From Paraspadella gotoi (taxonomy: Eukaryota; Animalia; Chaetognatha), in NCBI GenBank assembly GCA_051294375.1, contig CM119264.1, forward strand, positions 25,854,450 through 25,918,449: DNA of 64,000 nucleotides, written 5' to 3'. The position numbers and the translations under genes are program-made. Positions within the stretch are counted from its first letter, which is position 1; the number at the start of each line of letters is the position of its first letter. The notes below the pieces were generated by a model that was not told the origin of the DNA, searched no databases, and saw only the letters and a program-made list of their open reading frames with translations. This document shows, piece after piece, positions 43,923 to 58,530 of the stretch.

Positions 43923-44686
43923 AGGCGAGGACTTATTGCGCGAAAGGGAAGAACGTATTCTGCGTTCGGACGGAAAAATCGTCGTAGAAAAAAACTCTTC
44001 GTTTGCTCGATTGTCACAGTCAAATCGCGTGGCGTAAACCGCGTGACGCATTCAAATTGCGTGGCGTAAACCGCGTTGCACATTTATGTATATACCATTT
44101 CGTAAAGCAATGACAAAATCAGATTCACTAAAGCCATATCGGTTTAGTTTATTGAATGAGTTGTTACTCAAGATAAAAAAATATGATTTTAAATAAATTA
44201 ATCTAATTTAAAAATAACCGTGTCACGCTAGAACAATACAAATCGGATAAACTGGCGGATTAGAGGAATAGAATCAGATTAAAAATTGTTGCGAGCAGAA
44301 AGAGATTAAGGCTAAGTAGAAATATTTCTCATTCTGAAAGCGAATTTATTTTATCTTTTATTTTTAGTTTTGGTTCAATTTAAAAAAAAAAAAACCACGC
44401 CGGATAAAAAAAATATAAAGTAAGAAATGAGAAAAATAAAAAAAGAAAGGAAAAAAGGATTACGAAGCGCGATATTCCGACCAATAGAGAGTGAAATATG
44501 GCTGGTTACTGTCGAGTATACGATTCGAAAAAAAGAAAAAAAGTTTTTTCCTAACTTCCTCCACAATAAATTTCGATCCGCGACTTTTATTTCCGGATTT
44601 TTTTTCCCCTTTTTTTATTTTTTCCGCTTTTTTTTTCTTTATAATTCGTTTTTGTGAAAGACAAAAGCTTTTTCGGTGCGAATGTC

Positions 44687-44740
<54 letters not shown>

Positions 44741-45468
44741 TCCCAGATTCCTGGCCTGAAGGTGCCTCATAAATTTCACTCTTTTTTAAGGGGAAGACGC
44801 ATCGTCGTTGGAACAAAAGAAAGAATTCGGGGAAAAAGAATTAATGGATGAAGTCGGGATCGCGAGGGTAAGTCGCTTAAGGGGGGTAAGGCGTCGTTTC
44901 TTACGTGACTTTAAATAGGTGAGTTACGGAGGTTAATTAAAGGGCGGGGAAATATGGGGAGGAATATCGAATAATTTGGTTAGGAAATGATATTAGATAT
45001 ATCAAAAGATAAAGAGATAAAGATAGAATGGTTTAAAAATTAAAATACATCATGGTAGACTTACAAAACCTTGATAATCACATGATACGTTTATATTTTT
45101 ACTTGATCACATTTTGAAATTCATAACAAAAAATATAAAACAGCTAAAAACACGAAGCCAAAGTTTTGGACATGCTAAAATAGTGATTTTACAAATTATC
45201 TTAATACGAAAAAAGTATAAAATATAAAAAACTTAGTATTTGAACCGATGAAATGGAGGTTTAAATGAAGAAATCCAATAGCAGGGTATTATTAAGGCCT
45301 TGAGATTTCACATAAATAAAAACTCAGGCCGTACTCGGGGTAGTTGATTTTTGTTTATTTTTTTTTTATTTAATAGAATCTCAGGATAAAATTTTTGAAA
45401 GTTCCACGAAAAAAGAGACAAATAAGCGTAGCAATTTAATTTAAAATTTAAAAATTAAAGCACGCGAA

Positions 45469-45519
<51 letters not shown>

Positions 45520-47633
45520 TCTTCTTAATAGGTTAATGTTTTTGGTGCTTGTGCATTCGGAGATTCTTTTTAAAAATTTTTATCCTTTATAATTAGTATT
45601 TTTTTCAGTTTTCCATTTTCCGTTTTGCCATTTTATTTCTCCATTTTCTGTAAATTCTTTTTTCAGTGAGGATGGTTTCTCTTCTACTCGGAATCACGTG
45701 AGTCTCTGGGCGCGGGACGAGGAGCAGGAGGGAAGAAGAAGGAGGAGGAGCAGGAGGAGGAGGAGGAGGAGGAGGAAAAGTCTTCACGAAGATTGCACGT
45801 GATGTCGAAATGAAAGACGCACTGGAGATGAGGCGAAGAAGGAGAAAGAGAAGGAAAAGAAGAAAGAGGAATAGAAAATATGAATTGGGAGAAAGAAAAA
45901 TAAAAGGGACCGAATTCAGCGAACGGTAAAACATGAAGAATAAGTAAACTGGCTTAGATTTTATCTATAGTATAAAACTACAAATTATTTTAAAAAATGA
46001 AAAAACATAAACAAAGACCCTTGTAAATGTAATTACGACGCGCCTCGAAACAGAAAACACATATATAAATAACTCAATCACAAAAAGCAACAATAACTTA
46101 TGCAGAGATACAAAAATCTAGAGGAAAAAAATGAAAAAGAAAAAGAAATCCAAGTCGCCTGAAAAAAAAATAACAAAAAAAGATTCGAGATGCGAAAGTT
46201 TTGAAAAAAAAAAAACCAAACTTGAGCCAAAATAAACAAAATAACTCGCGGGTTGTAATTTAAGGCTGCGAAGCCGTGAGAAGAGAGAAGGCTCGAGAAA
46301 GGCGGGCAGGAGCGTGGCGGGAGAGAGCGTGGCGACCGAATATATTTTTCCCATGGAACTGTCACGGACTTCGTCGTCGTCGTCGTCTTCGTCGTCGTCC
46401 AATTTTTATCATTAGTCATCGTCGCAATTAACGTCACCAACCGACTCGACCTTGCTTCAGTCGACGTTGGCTCCGTTGGTTCCATTGGCCATTGGATTCA
46501 ATAAAAGTTGGCAGATGGACGAATATCGTTTTCTAGGATATAACATTGATTGCTGGCGTTTTACGGGTTTTACCGACAGACATCTTGGTCGCAGATGTTT
46601 ATGTAAGTTTTGGGTTGTTTTTTTTTGTCAAATGCAATTTGTGGTCGACGTCGTTGTCGTCGTCGTCGTCGTCGTTTTTATCGTCGTCGCCGTCAAAATG
46701 GCGTCGAACTCAACTTTATATCGTCGCTTTGTTGTGTTCTTCTCCGCGTTTTTTCTCTTCCTTCTTTCCATTTTCTTTTCCTTTCTTATTCTTGCTTTTG
46801 TTTTGCTTTTTCTTTTTCTTTTGAATTTAGAATGTTTTTTTCCCCTTCGACCTTTAAATTATTTTGGTTAAGTTAGAATTTTAACAACTAAGTAGTAAGT
46901 TCGTTCTACACGTACCAACTATTGATTTTTTTTAGAATTTTTGATTTTATTTGCGAATAATGCACCATTGTGGTAACTTCGTTAACATTATGCCATTCAG
47001 GAGCCAAGAAGTCGTCTAGGTGTCCAAAAGTTTGTCTCTGTGACTAATATTTCATCCATGTGAACAATCAATCACAGGACAATCATTTAAAGGACGCCCC
47101 TTTCTTTAAACAGCTTTCCCCGGTATGTATCCCTATCATAACATACAATTCAACTTTGTAGTTCAAACCTTTAACAATAACGCAATCATAAATAATCTTA
47201 ATCCCATAAGAAGATATCCTCTACAGTCTTCACCCCTTTCTGTTCAGACATTTAGATATTTTAAATTTTCAATAAATGACTTCTTAACAAGAATGATGTC
47301 TAATATCTAATTAGAAAACTAGGGCAGAAAATAACTTTTAACCTTGTGTTGTATAGATGCTCCCTCTATTTCCAGAAGACAACACAAACATCCCTCTCCC
47401 AATTATAAATTAATATACTGAATATAAAGAATATAATTAAATTAATATATAGTGAAATAAATTAAATTTTAATATTTAAACATTTATTTTTAAATTTAAA
47501 AAAAATTAAAGTGTAATATAGTAAAACAAATAATCTTGCAATTTTTCATAGCCAAGCATGTGTCCATGTGGCTCCTTAATCGTTTATGTAGTCAATCAGT
47601 TGTCTCTGGGGCCAATTTCTCATCCATATAGCC

Positions 47634-48310
47634 TGAAGAAGATTCCTTGGGGGGTTTCTCAGTTTCAGATGAGAACATTGTTTGAGCAGTGCTTAATCTC
47701 GACTTAATATCAAATCAATCCATATATCAAAAGATAAAAATAGAATAATAACTTTATTAAGTATTCAATATCCAATAATCATTGAGAAACGTGCATCAGA
47801 ATGACAGAGAACCAAAATGCAGCAGCAGCAGTAGAGCCGATACGCAGCAACAGTAGCAGTAGAACCGAGATGCAGCAACAGTAGCCGCAGAGCCGAGACG
47901 CAGCAACAGTAGCAGCAGAGCCGAGACGCAGCAACAGCTCAAAGCTACATAAAAGCTTTAAAATTAATTACCATATTCAAATAATTACAAATATCATTTA
48001 ATACCTGATGGTCTCAGAGGAATCTCCCAAAAATTAAGAATTTACTCTCCTTTTTATATACAAGGACACAATTATTACAACCAATGAGAGGAGAATTCAC
48101 ATTTTAAGAATAAGATCAAAACATCTACTAGTTATTATTAACCAATGAGAGACCAGATATTCAAATTCAAGGTTAAAAATTCAACCAATTAGAGACATTA
48201 AACAGAACTATTGGAGTCATTCAATTAAACTTTAAATTCAGAATATTTGAACCATTAAAAAATAAAAAGTCAGGGCTCAATTCAGATAAAATCTTATAAA
48301 CTCTTTAACA
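47634..48310 (-). mobile_element. Solo LTR copy 2 (677 bp)
   Basis: Same termini as copy 1; 5-bp TSD TAGCC (47629-47633 and 48311-48315). Differs mainly in the internal GCAGCAACAGTAGCAGCAGAGCCGAGAC repeat region. Confidence 0.85.
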
Positions 48311-49126
48311 TAGCCAATCATTTGTCCCTGTGGCCAATCCATTTTTCAGTCGACAAACGTTTGTCCCAGTGCCCATTGTTGTTGCCACTCATTTGTCCTT
48401 GTGGCTAATCCCACGCCCTGGGGCCGCTTTACTTCCACGTGGCTTTGGTCACAGGTGGCGAGAACGAAGGAAGACGATTGACGCGGACGACGAAGAATCT
48501 CTTTTTGCCGACGGAAGAAGAAGAACAAAAGAAGAAGAAGAAGAAGAAGAAGAAGAAGAAGAATAAGAAGAAGCCGCGGTGTTGTGGAGAAGTGGAGTGC
48601 TTGAAAATGGAGTGAAGAGGATGAGTGTGACACTGTGAGAGTGCTAAAGAAAGAAGAAGCATGAGAGGGTGAGGGGTGGAAGAGAATTAAGGGTCGGAAA
48701 TAATATGTGTTAGCGATATGGTAGAAAACGGAGTGTCTTTGAGAAATGTGGCAAAACGGAACCAGAGAATTGGCCTAACTTTGAGATGGTGTGTGAGCAG
48801 GCTGCTGTGGAATCGTTTTTCTTACCGGATGTTACCTAAACATATATTTTGAAACGCACCCCAAAGTTGTAGCAATTGATAATTTCATAAGTATAAAAAA
48901 TGGAAAACATTATTCGTTAAATGTTTAAACCTCCCATCGCTCGAAAGAGTCTTCACTATTTATCTTTCCTCGAGGAAAAAGAAAACAGAGAGAAGAAAAA
49001 AGAAACGGAAAAGGAAAAAAAAAACATCTTCGGCGATGCGATTGTTTTCCTCCCGAGGATATTTGCTCTCCGCTTATTTTCGGTGCCATGACTTTTGATT
49101 AAGTTTCGGCGATCTGTTTACTTTCG

Positions 49127-49140
49127 GTCTCCATGGCAAC
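49127..49140. promoter_or_regulatory. RFX X-box consensus match (no linked gene identified)
   Basis: GTCTCCATGGCAAC is a near-ideal X-box in a unique-sequence island. Confidence 0.45.
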
Positions 49141-49294
49141 CCGTATTACCGACCCTTTTTAGACGTTATGACCGAAGAAATAGCGGAAATGTCGACTTGG
49201 GTCGACTCATGTTTCTTTTGTGGGTTTTTTTTTCATTACTTACCTATTCTTCTCTATTAATGATATTGTTTTTTTTTGTTTTTTGTTCCACTCT

Positions 49295-49572
49295 TTCCTT
49301 CCTTCCTTCCTTCATTTCTCCTCCTCCGTCCGCTCGTACCTCCTTTCCTTTCCTCCTTCCTCCTTCCTTCTTCCTTCCTTCCTTCCTTCCTTCCTTCCTT
49401 CCTCCTTCCTCATTTCTTCTTTCCTTCCGTCCGTCCGTCCGCCTTCCTTTCCTTCCTTCCTTCCTTCCTTCCTTCCTTCCTTCCTTCCTTCCTTCCTTCC
49501 TCACTTCCTTCCTTCCTTCCCTCCTCCTTCCTTCCTTCCTTCCTTCCTTCTTTCCTTCCTCCCTTCCTTCCT
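49295..49572. repeat. (TTCC)n microsatellite
   Basis: Direct reading. Confidence 0.95.
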
Positions 49573-49881
49573 ATTATCTCAAGAATAATTTTTTTGGTTT
49601 TAATCAAGTACGGTAAAGAGCTAATCGACAACTATTAAGGACTCATTTTTTATAACTATTTTCTATAACTTTTTCCTGACTATTTTCCCTGCTTTTCACT
49701 TTACAAGCTCAACAAGAATCTTTTTCACAATTTTTAAAACGACCACGTTTGCAATTCACCACCGGCTGTAATCACCACCGTTACTTTCAAACCAGATTCT
49801 TCTTTTATCTTTTAACCCCTACCCAATTTTCAACAGTAAATTGGTTCCCGTCTTCCTTTCACTTTTTTATTTTGCCTTGGA

Positions 49882-49923
<42 letters not shown>

Positions 49924-51634
49924 TCCGTCTGTCTCTTTTTCAGGTTAAATATGACTGTTTTCCCTGACATCATTCACCGTGAGAAGAGGAAAGGGGAAAA
50001 GGTGGATGACGTGAGCAAACAAAGGAAAAGAAAAGAGAAGGAAATTTAGAGAAGTTAAAACGAAAATAGAAAAAAAAAGGGAAATCTGTCAAAGTAAAAA
50101 TAGAAAGTGAAGTGAAAATGACGTAAATATATTGAAGAGACAGGGAAAGCGATGACGTTCAAAAAAAAAAAAAAACACTATAAAAAAATGAAATAATAAT
50201 TTCTATTCAGACCTTATGCAGTATAACGTTTTATTTCGAAGTATCATTCTTTTTAATTAAACTCCTCCTTTTTTTTAATTCGACAAACTTGTTATTACTC
50301 CTTTTAAGCATCATAATTTTGCCAAGATGTATTTAAAGATCTGAAAACGTTCAAAATGTGGTTGAATGTAATCGCATATTCTATTTTTCTCTCTCCTCAA
50401 TTCCAATCAGGTGATCTATCTCATAACTTTTCTCTTTTAGGCAATGACTTCCCTTTGCTTTCTCTATTTTTATCACATCTCACTACTTTTTTCACTCCCT
50501 CTTCATGTTTCACTCCTACTCCACCCCCTTTTTTCCCAGTTTCTGCATTTCAAGGTTCTCCAGGTCTTTCAATTTCCGTCACTAATTCCCGGTTAACAAC
50601 TTACACGACGACGATGGCGACGACGATGGCGACGACGAGAATGACGACGACGATGACGATTGGTTTACTGACAACAAGGTGAACCTTGACAGTGATGGCG
50701 ACGCTGACGAATCCAGTGACAACAATGCTGACTTTAAGAACTCCAGCTGTATTTAAAAAGAAAATATAGCGTAAATTGACTGTTTTTTTCTTCATGACAT
50801 TATAATGTTTATGTACTGAGGTGTCATTGATGACAACTTGGGCGACAAAGATTAAGAAACAGACGACGACAATGACAAAAAAGACAAAAACGACAAGAAC
50901 GACAAAAACGATCGAAATAAGAGCCTCTTTCGATTTTCTCCTTTTATTTCGATTGATTTCGTTTTATTTCGTCGTTGTTTTTTTTTGTTTTGTTGTTTTG
51001 TTTTTTTTTTGTTTTTTAAGAGACAGAGAGAGAGAGAGAGAGGAGAGAGGAGAGAGAGAGAGAGAGAGATGGTGATGACTATGATGATTATGATGACGAT
51101 GATGATGATGATGATGAGAGAGAGAGCTGAATGGAAGAAGCCAAAGAGGTCAACGTGGCAAAAGAGAAGGACAAAAAAAAAAGATTTTCAAGGATCACTA
51201 AAAAATAGGATTGACGTAAAACAAAAATAACATTCGTTTTAAATTCATTGGTCCATGAATACGAAAATTTTCGTCATAAAACTGGGAATTTTGTTGGGGA
51301 GAGTCCCTCGGACTAAGAAGTGTGAGGTGAAGGGAGTGAGTGAGTATGATAAAAAGGTGGCGAGAAGAGAACGAAAAAGAAAAAAAGAGAAGAGAGAAAA
51401 AGATTGATAGAGAAGAGAAAGAAAAAATATAAGGACAAGATTACATAGAGAAAGACAAGGAGGGAGAAAATATAAAGATAGAGAGGAGAAAGAAAAAGAA
51501 ATCAGTAATACAAAGAAAAAAAAGAGAAGACAGAAGAGACAAAATAGAAAGATAGGAAAGAAAAAAGAAATCAAGAATACCTTGATAAGGAAGAGGAAAG
51601 AGAAGAGAGAAAAAATAAAAAGGGAAAAACAAAA

Positions 51635-51758
51635 GAGAGATGAGAGCGAAAGAGATGAGAGAAAAAGAGATGAGTGAGAAAAAGATGAGAAAGAAAGAGA
51701 TGAGAGAGAAAGAGATGAAAGAGATGAGAGTGAAAGAGATGAGAGCGAAAGAGATGAG
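51635..51758. repeat. 15-bp minisatellite (GAGATGAGAGCGAAA-like)
   Basis: About 8 imperfect units. Confidence 0.8.
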
Positions 51759-53227
51759 GTTGCGGAGAATCGCAGTTTTGAGAAAAAGAAAAGTTTCGTC
51801 TCCGAGAAAACGATGAGAGTGAAGAGTAGGGAGAGAAAATCGAATGCAAAGAAATGCAAAGAGGAATAAAAGAGATGGAAATGAATGCAAAATGGATGGA
51901 AAGAGATACAAGGGATGTTGTAGGGACTAAGGAGAGAGAGAAAGTAGATGAAGGGAAAAATGGAGGACGAGGGATGAAGATTCAACTCAGAAAAATGGTT
52001 GAGAAAACTGTTTAATCTTAATCTTTTCATTTTAATCTTTTCAGTTTAATCTTAATCTTTTCACTTATTTGGAGATATTTTTTTCTCTCACTCGATACCG
52101 GTATTTTTCTTTCACCTTTTCCAAAATTTTATTAAGTTGACTCTCTCAAAATTTACGCTGTGACCAAAATAATCAGCATTCGTACCGCGTCGCGTTCGTT
52201 TCCCCCACAGTATCGCGATCCACCCTTTTCGAATATTCGAAGTCGGTAATTTTTCGCGCCCGCCCGCCCAGCGTCTCTGCTCGCAGCCGCCGCAGCGCCG
52301 CTTGCCGCCGCCGCAGCTCCCGCGGTTCATTTGCAAAAGGGGGCGGCGTCCGCCTGCGACGCGTCACCTGAGTCTCTCCTCGCGGCCGAGTAGCGAAAAG
52401 CGAGGAAAGGAAAGAAAATGAAGGAAAGAAAGGAAGAGAAAAGAAAAGAATATGTAGCAAAAAGAAATGGAGGAAAAAAGCAAAATGGAAGTAAGAAAAG
52501 AAGAAGAATCTGAGATCTGAGAAGAATTTAGAAAAAGAAAGAAGAAGAACAAGCGAAATATATTTTGGAAAGTACCCCATCGAAATAAAATAAAATGTAA
52601 AAAATTATTAAAAACAAAGTTACAAATAAATAAACCCCCAAAAAATTGAAAAAATAGAAATTGAAAAAGAAAAGAAATGATTATCAAAAGTAAAGGATAT
52701 ATGAGAAAGAAGAAAGAATTCAGAAAAAAGAAAAAATAAGCGGAACGAAAAAAGAAGAGCGGAACGTGGAGAAAAAAAAATGCGGACGCAAAAAAGAAAG
52801 TAACGTTGGAGAGGACATGTGGTGGCAATTTGTAAGACGTCGCTCAGGCATAAACTAAGGATCTCAATTTCTTATCCAGTCGCACTTAGACTCTTCTCCA
52901 CCCCTCACTTCCTTTTTAGAGTCCCTTCAACACCCCGCCCATTGGCCGCCGTCGCCGCATCTGTGGTTCAACGTTTTATTTACTTGAGAGTATTTTCTTT
53001 TTTACTTTTCATTTATTTTCTTTATTTTATAATTTTAGTACGTGGATGTATAGATTGAAGTATAATGTATTTATGACATGAAAATTTTGCCTTATTTCCT
53101 TCTCTTTTATTTGAATGTATTATAAAATTGGTTAAACCAATTTTCCTTCGACCAACCCCTCTCTTTTTCCAAGAATTCTTTCTCCCTGAAAAGTGTACTT
53201 CTATTTTCGTCCTCCGCAAAGGGAAAA

Positions 53228-53354
<127 letters not shown>

Positions 53355-55039
53355 CCTTTTTTTCCACGGTTTTTTGTTCTTTCCTGGATAATTTACTTCG
53401 CGCGTTCTTTTTTGGTAAGACACTTTTTTTTTATTTAATATTTACTTTCTTTGTTCAAAAAAATTTCCTTTTTTTTCCAGTTTTTTTCTTGTTGTTTTTC
53501 TTTCTTTTCGTTGGTTGAGTTTAATAAGAGAAATATTTTTTTTCACAATCGTTTTTACACTGATGATGAATTTGTCTGTAACAATGTGAATTAAAGTGTT
53601 TTTATTTTGTAGATATTGACTTTCTTCGACTTGAATAATGGAATTAAGATCATGTCGGGGTCGACCGATGCGATACAAACAAAGATAAGCCTGACCTACG
53701 GATTAATGAAAAACAAAATCGCTTCATCGAGTAATAGCGGTGCCTTTCCCTGAAAAAAAAACCAACAAAAACCAAAGTCTGTAACATCTTTAACTCGAGG
53801 CAAAAAAAAATTAGAATACAAGTGAGTTCTCCCCCCCCCAATCGCCTCCTATCGTTGCGGTTTGACCTCCCCATTTCCTCGGCGAAGGAAAACCCCCAGA
53901 GTCTTGACCCCCTTCCCTACTTAGAAGCTTAAAAGAAAATTTTATTGAAGAGAGAGGGAGGAAAGGAGAGTGAGTGAGGGAGGAAGGATAAAGAAAGAAA
54001 AGGAAAAGGAAGGAAGAAGAGGAAAAGCCGAGTTGAAATTGGAAGAAAGGAAAGAGAGAGGAGAAAAAAAAAAGAAAAGAAAATAGAGGAAAGAAAAAAA
54101 GAAAGAAAGAAACGAATTCTACGGAGGAAAAAAAAGAAAAACGACAAACGAGAGAGAGAGGGAGAGAGAGAGAGAGAGAGAGAGAAGAGAGGAGGAGAGA
54201 GACGAGATAGAGAGAAGGATAGGACGGCTGTTATCGTTGTTTGAGAGATGATGTAGAGAGATTGAGAGAGAGAGATTAGAGAGAGAGAGGAGAGAGAGAG
54301 AAGAAATGAGAAAGAGAATGAGAAAGAGAGAGAAGAGAAGAGTGGAAGAGAGAGAGAGAAGAGAAAAATCCTAAAACGAATCGAATCTATTAACAAACCC
54401 ATTTATGGATGAGATGGAGAGATAGAGACTTTGAAGAGATGACGGAGAGAGAGAGAGAGTGAGAGTGAGAGAGAGAGACTTATGAAGTCGAAACATGAGT
54501 TACGACGGAAATGAATGAAATGACTCTCGACATGAATTTTGAGATTTAAATACTGAAAAGAAGGAAAAGAAAGGGAGTGAGTGAACAAAGGAGTGAATGA
54601 GTGAGTGAGTGAGTGAGTAATTGAGTGAGTGAGTAAGTGAGTGAGTAAGTAAATGAGTGACTGACTGACTGACTGAGTTATATAAGATTCCTCAAAGATT
54701 CATTGTGACACGAAGAGATCTACTGTATGACTAAAAAAAACATTTTTCTAAATGATAATAACAATAATAAGTAAATAAATAAAAGTATTGTGATATTGAG
54801 CAAAGATTGACAACCATAACCAAGATGACCGTCGTCCATAAACCAACGATAGCAGCATCAATGACGACACGAAGGAAATCCAAATTCCTTTCTCTGTCAA
54901 AGGGTCATTTCTGGACGGACACGTCCTCTCGCCTCCGTCCACAGTGGGCGTGGCAATAACGAGAGAAAAAACCGTCCCTCGGGTCGGACAACCCTCCCCT
55001 TTTCGAGTGCCGACCAACTCAAAATCGATCTTCTTCAAA

Positions 55040-55124
<85 letters not shown>

Positions 55125-55681
55125 CTTTTCCTTTTTTTCTCGATCGAGGGAAACCGTCATAACGTCACTAATGACTTTTGTTTATGATTCCCCGGAGAAT
55201 CGCGGTTTTCGTCTCGTCGTAACGCGTTGTCATGGGAACGACACAAACAAACGGCCTCTCGATCTCTCCGTTGTTTCTCTTTCTTCGACGGCAGCGGCCT
55301 GATGAGAGTTACGACTCAAGAAAAAAAAAATTCAATTGAATTTCATAATTACATTAATAAACTAAGAAGAAGACCCAAAAATAAATAAATAAATAAACTT
55401 TCAATTCTATATAGTTTATAGCCTTTCCGGAGAGGGAGAATAGCAGATTATTAAATGAATGGATAATTTCTATATTGACGAGGGTCCCTGCATCGCATCC
55501 CGCAGTGGTACCCATTTCAAAAACATACGTAGGAAATCAATATAAACTTGATGCTAAAATAAGCTATCTTGCACTTGACTTTTCTGTCGACGACGACGAC
55601 AACAATGAAAATAACAGCGACCAAAACGACGACGACAATTGTCACAAAGACCAAGCCTTTTGTTTATGCCCGCAACTCTTT

Positions 55682-55794
<113 letters not shown>

Positions 55795-56467
55795 CGGCGC
55801 CGTTCCGCCAGAAGGGAATTTTATCCCGGCATTTCCCCCCCTCCCCGATTGCCGTCCGGGGTTCTTAGCACCGGATCTTAACCGGATTCCGGTTTTCCCC
55901 TTCTGAGAGTCGGGCGCCTCGACCTCGGTCATTGGGGGCGACGTGACTGGGGTCAATCAGGACCTGAGAAAATTAGGACGAGAATGATTGGCATCGAATT
56001 AAGACGAAAATTAAATCAATCAATTTTATATTACTAATATTAAAAAAAGATTATTCTTTCATTCATTCATCCATTTATAAATTAACTTTTCTTCCCCTTC
56101 TGTTTTAACTGCAACAACCATAATCAAACCAAAAACTTTCAGAGTAACAACAACAACCGCTGCAGCAGCAACGCTAGCGACAGCAGCAGCAGCTGTAAAC
56201 GGAAGAATCTGCTTGTTCTTGAAAGACGAAAGACGTCGTCGTGAAACTATTTGTTTGCCCCTCGTTTTTTTACGCCTCGTGTGACCAGCGACTTTTTCGG
56301 ACCCATTTACAGTCGGTCTGTAGCGTCGTTGTCGTCGTCGTCGTCGTTGGCGTCGTTGTCGTCTCTCTGTTTTGAACGTAAATTTTGGAAGCTCAAATTC
56401 AGAAGTGCCCGGGAAAAGGGAGAAAAGCCTGAGCAAAAAGCCGGAGAAAAGGGAAAGAAAAAGAGGA

Positions 56468-56547
<80 letters not shown>

Positions 56548-58305
56548 AGGATGGAAAAAAAAAAGAAATTAAGAAAGAAGAACGACAAAAATTAAAAAAA
56601 AGATAGTAAAGAAATAGAGAACGAAAGATATAAAAAAGAAAGAATACAAAATAAAGAAATTTATAAATAGAGAAAGTCGAAGGAAAGAAAAAAAAACGAA
56701 CGAGAGAAAGAATATTTATAATTAAACTCGCTATCTTAAATACGTTAGTTGTCGAAACTGAACTTACCAACGTTACCCTCAATCGTTTTCCCTCATCGTT
56801 TTTGTGGTCAAACTTTGACCTTGTAAATAGCCATCGTTATAGACTTAGCATCTGAGCTTTTTGACAGTTATTGTTATTAACCTTGTTGAAGAATAAATTC
56901 ATTCTTCATCTGAAAATTGTTGCGTCCACACTGTCCACACTGTCCTCGCTGTCCACACTGTCCACTCCACAGTACAACCTTTTTCACGTTTAAAATCTCT
57001 TCTCATCTCCACTTTTTCTCTTGAGTCCCCCTTTTCCTCTCCCCCACCCCCACCCCCCTCTTCCTTAATATCGCCCTGTCACCTGAGCCGGGAATCCGAC
57101 ATTTTTATTGGTCGTAAAGCATGAGAAGAGCGGGCCAGACCGGGCCGGCCGGGCCGATGGGGATCGGAGAAGACATATTCGGCGGTCAAGCCGTCGCGGG
57201 GCGGGGCGGAGATCCGGGCCGTAAAGAGCCGCATTAAGCGAACGGACAGATGGACGGACTGACGGTTCGAATACGTCCTGCGGCGGAAGGAGAAATGGAA
57301 ATTAATTTTGGAGGAAGAGTAAAAGAGTGGATTTTTTCTGTGTGAACGATGATCTGTCAAAAAAAAAGAGAAATTTTGGTTTTCAATAAAAGAAAAATAA
57401 TACTGCATTTGAACCCAAATTCGACGTTTCCTAATCAATATCTAAACAGTACTTGCGATAGCTCTACAAACGTTTACATCTTCTTCCTACAATCTACTCT
57501 AAATACAATATAACTCGGCTGCATTTTTTTTTCCCTTTCTTCAAATATTTATCTTCTGACATTTCATTATAACTTTTTTAACGATTCCCTCAAAACTATT
57601 ACCATACCCTAACCCTTTCAAACTCTTTTTTTCCTTTTTATTTCGTCTTCAAGCTCTTTATTTTCTTTTTCCTCTTCAGTCGCCATCTTTCTTTTTACTC
57701 CCTATTCCCCTTCGTCGTCAGACCCATAAAAATCCCCCATAAAATTCTCGGTGGACAAGCTCATCGTCATATCCCTGACGTCGTCGTTGTGGTCGTCGTC
57801 GTTGTCGTCGTTTTAGGCCCTGATCTTCCTCATCGTCGTTGTTGTTGTTAAAATCATTTCTTCGGTTTATGTTGAGAGATTTTATCTAAATGGTAAGACA
57901 AAAAATATATCGAACTTCTATGACAATTGTATTCAACTGCATAAATAGTAGCGTCAAATCGTTTTGTTAAACGTAATAACTAAAAAGCAAAATAATTATA
58001 ATAACAGGAATACATTTTTCAAGATCTTATTTTTTTTCTTAATGCCCAAAACGCCTTTCAGTTAACTTTCACCATCGTATCATAGTTATCAAATGCCTAA
58101 ATTTCCTTTATTCGCTTTCCAAATACTTTCCAAATGCAAACTAAGTTAAATTTTATAGTAATACTCTCTTCCAATAAAAGTTGAGTTACCCTATATTTTT
58201 TTAAAAAAACATCATTTTCTAGTTTTCGGCATTGACTCAAGTCGAGTTGCATTATATTAGATTGCATAAGTTCACCCCGCCAATAAGCATAACACCTTCA
58301 GTGGT

Positions 58306-58530
58306 GGCCAGGTTGCTCGTTGAGTAAAGCCATCAGCTCTTGACCACTAGGTACTGGGTTCAATCCAACCCCGTCCTAACCCTGTTGGAAGCGTGAGGAG
58401 GCCCCTTTACCCGGCTGGAAAACCCTCCAGCCGGGTTCCAAGCCCAGGACCAGATCCATGCCTGCTAGAGGGGTTTAAAGAATTTGGGGATAAAACTCTT
58501 TAGTAGAATTCTAAATGTAAATTATTAACA
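58306..58530 (+). mobile_element. tRNA-derived SINE-like element with an 11-bp perfect hairpin
   Basis: GC-rich island in very AT-rich DNA. Head GGCCAGGTTGCTCGTTGAGTAAAG (A-box-like), B-box GGTTCAATCC at 58357-58366, hairpin ACCCGGCTGGA-AAACCC-TCCAGCCGGGT at 58409-58436. 3' boundary approximate. Confidence 0.6.

Noticed and set aside
45811-45832. miR-71-like TGAAAGAC..GAGATG
   Set aside because: Only seed-level similarity and no pre-miRNA hairpin.
55299-55325. Hammerhead-like CTGATGA-GAGT-TACG-ACTC
   Set aside because: Stem II is followed by AAGAAA and an A-run; no correctly placed GAAA, stem III or cleavage site.
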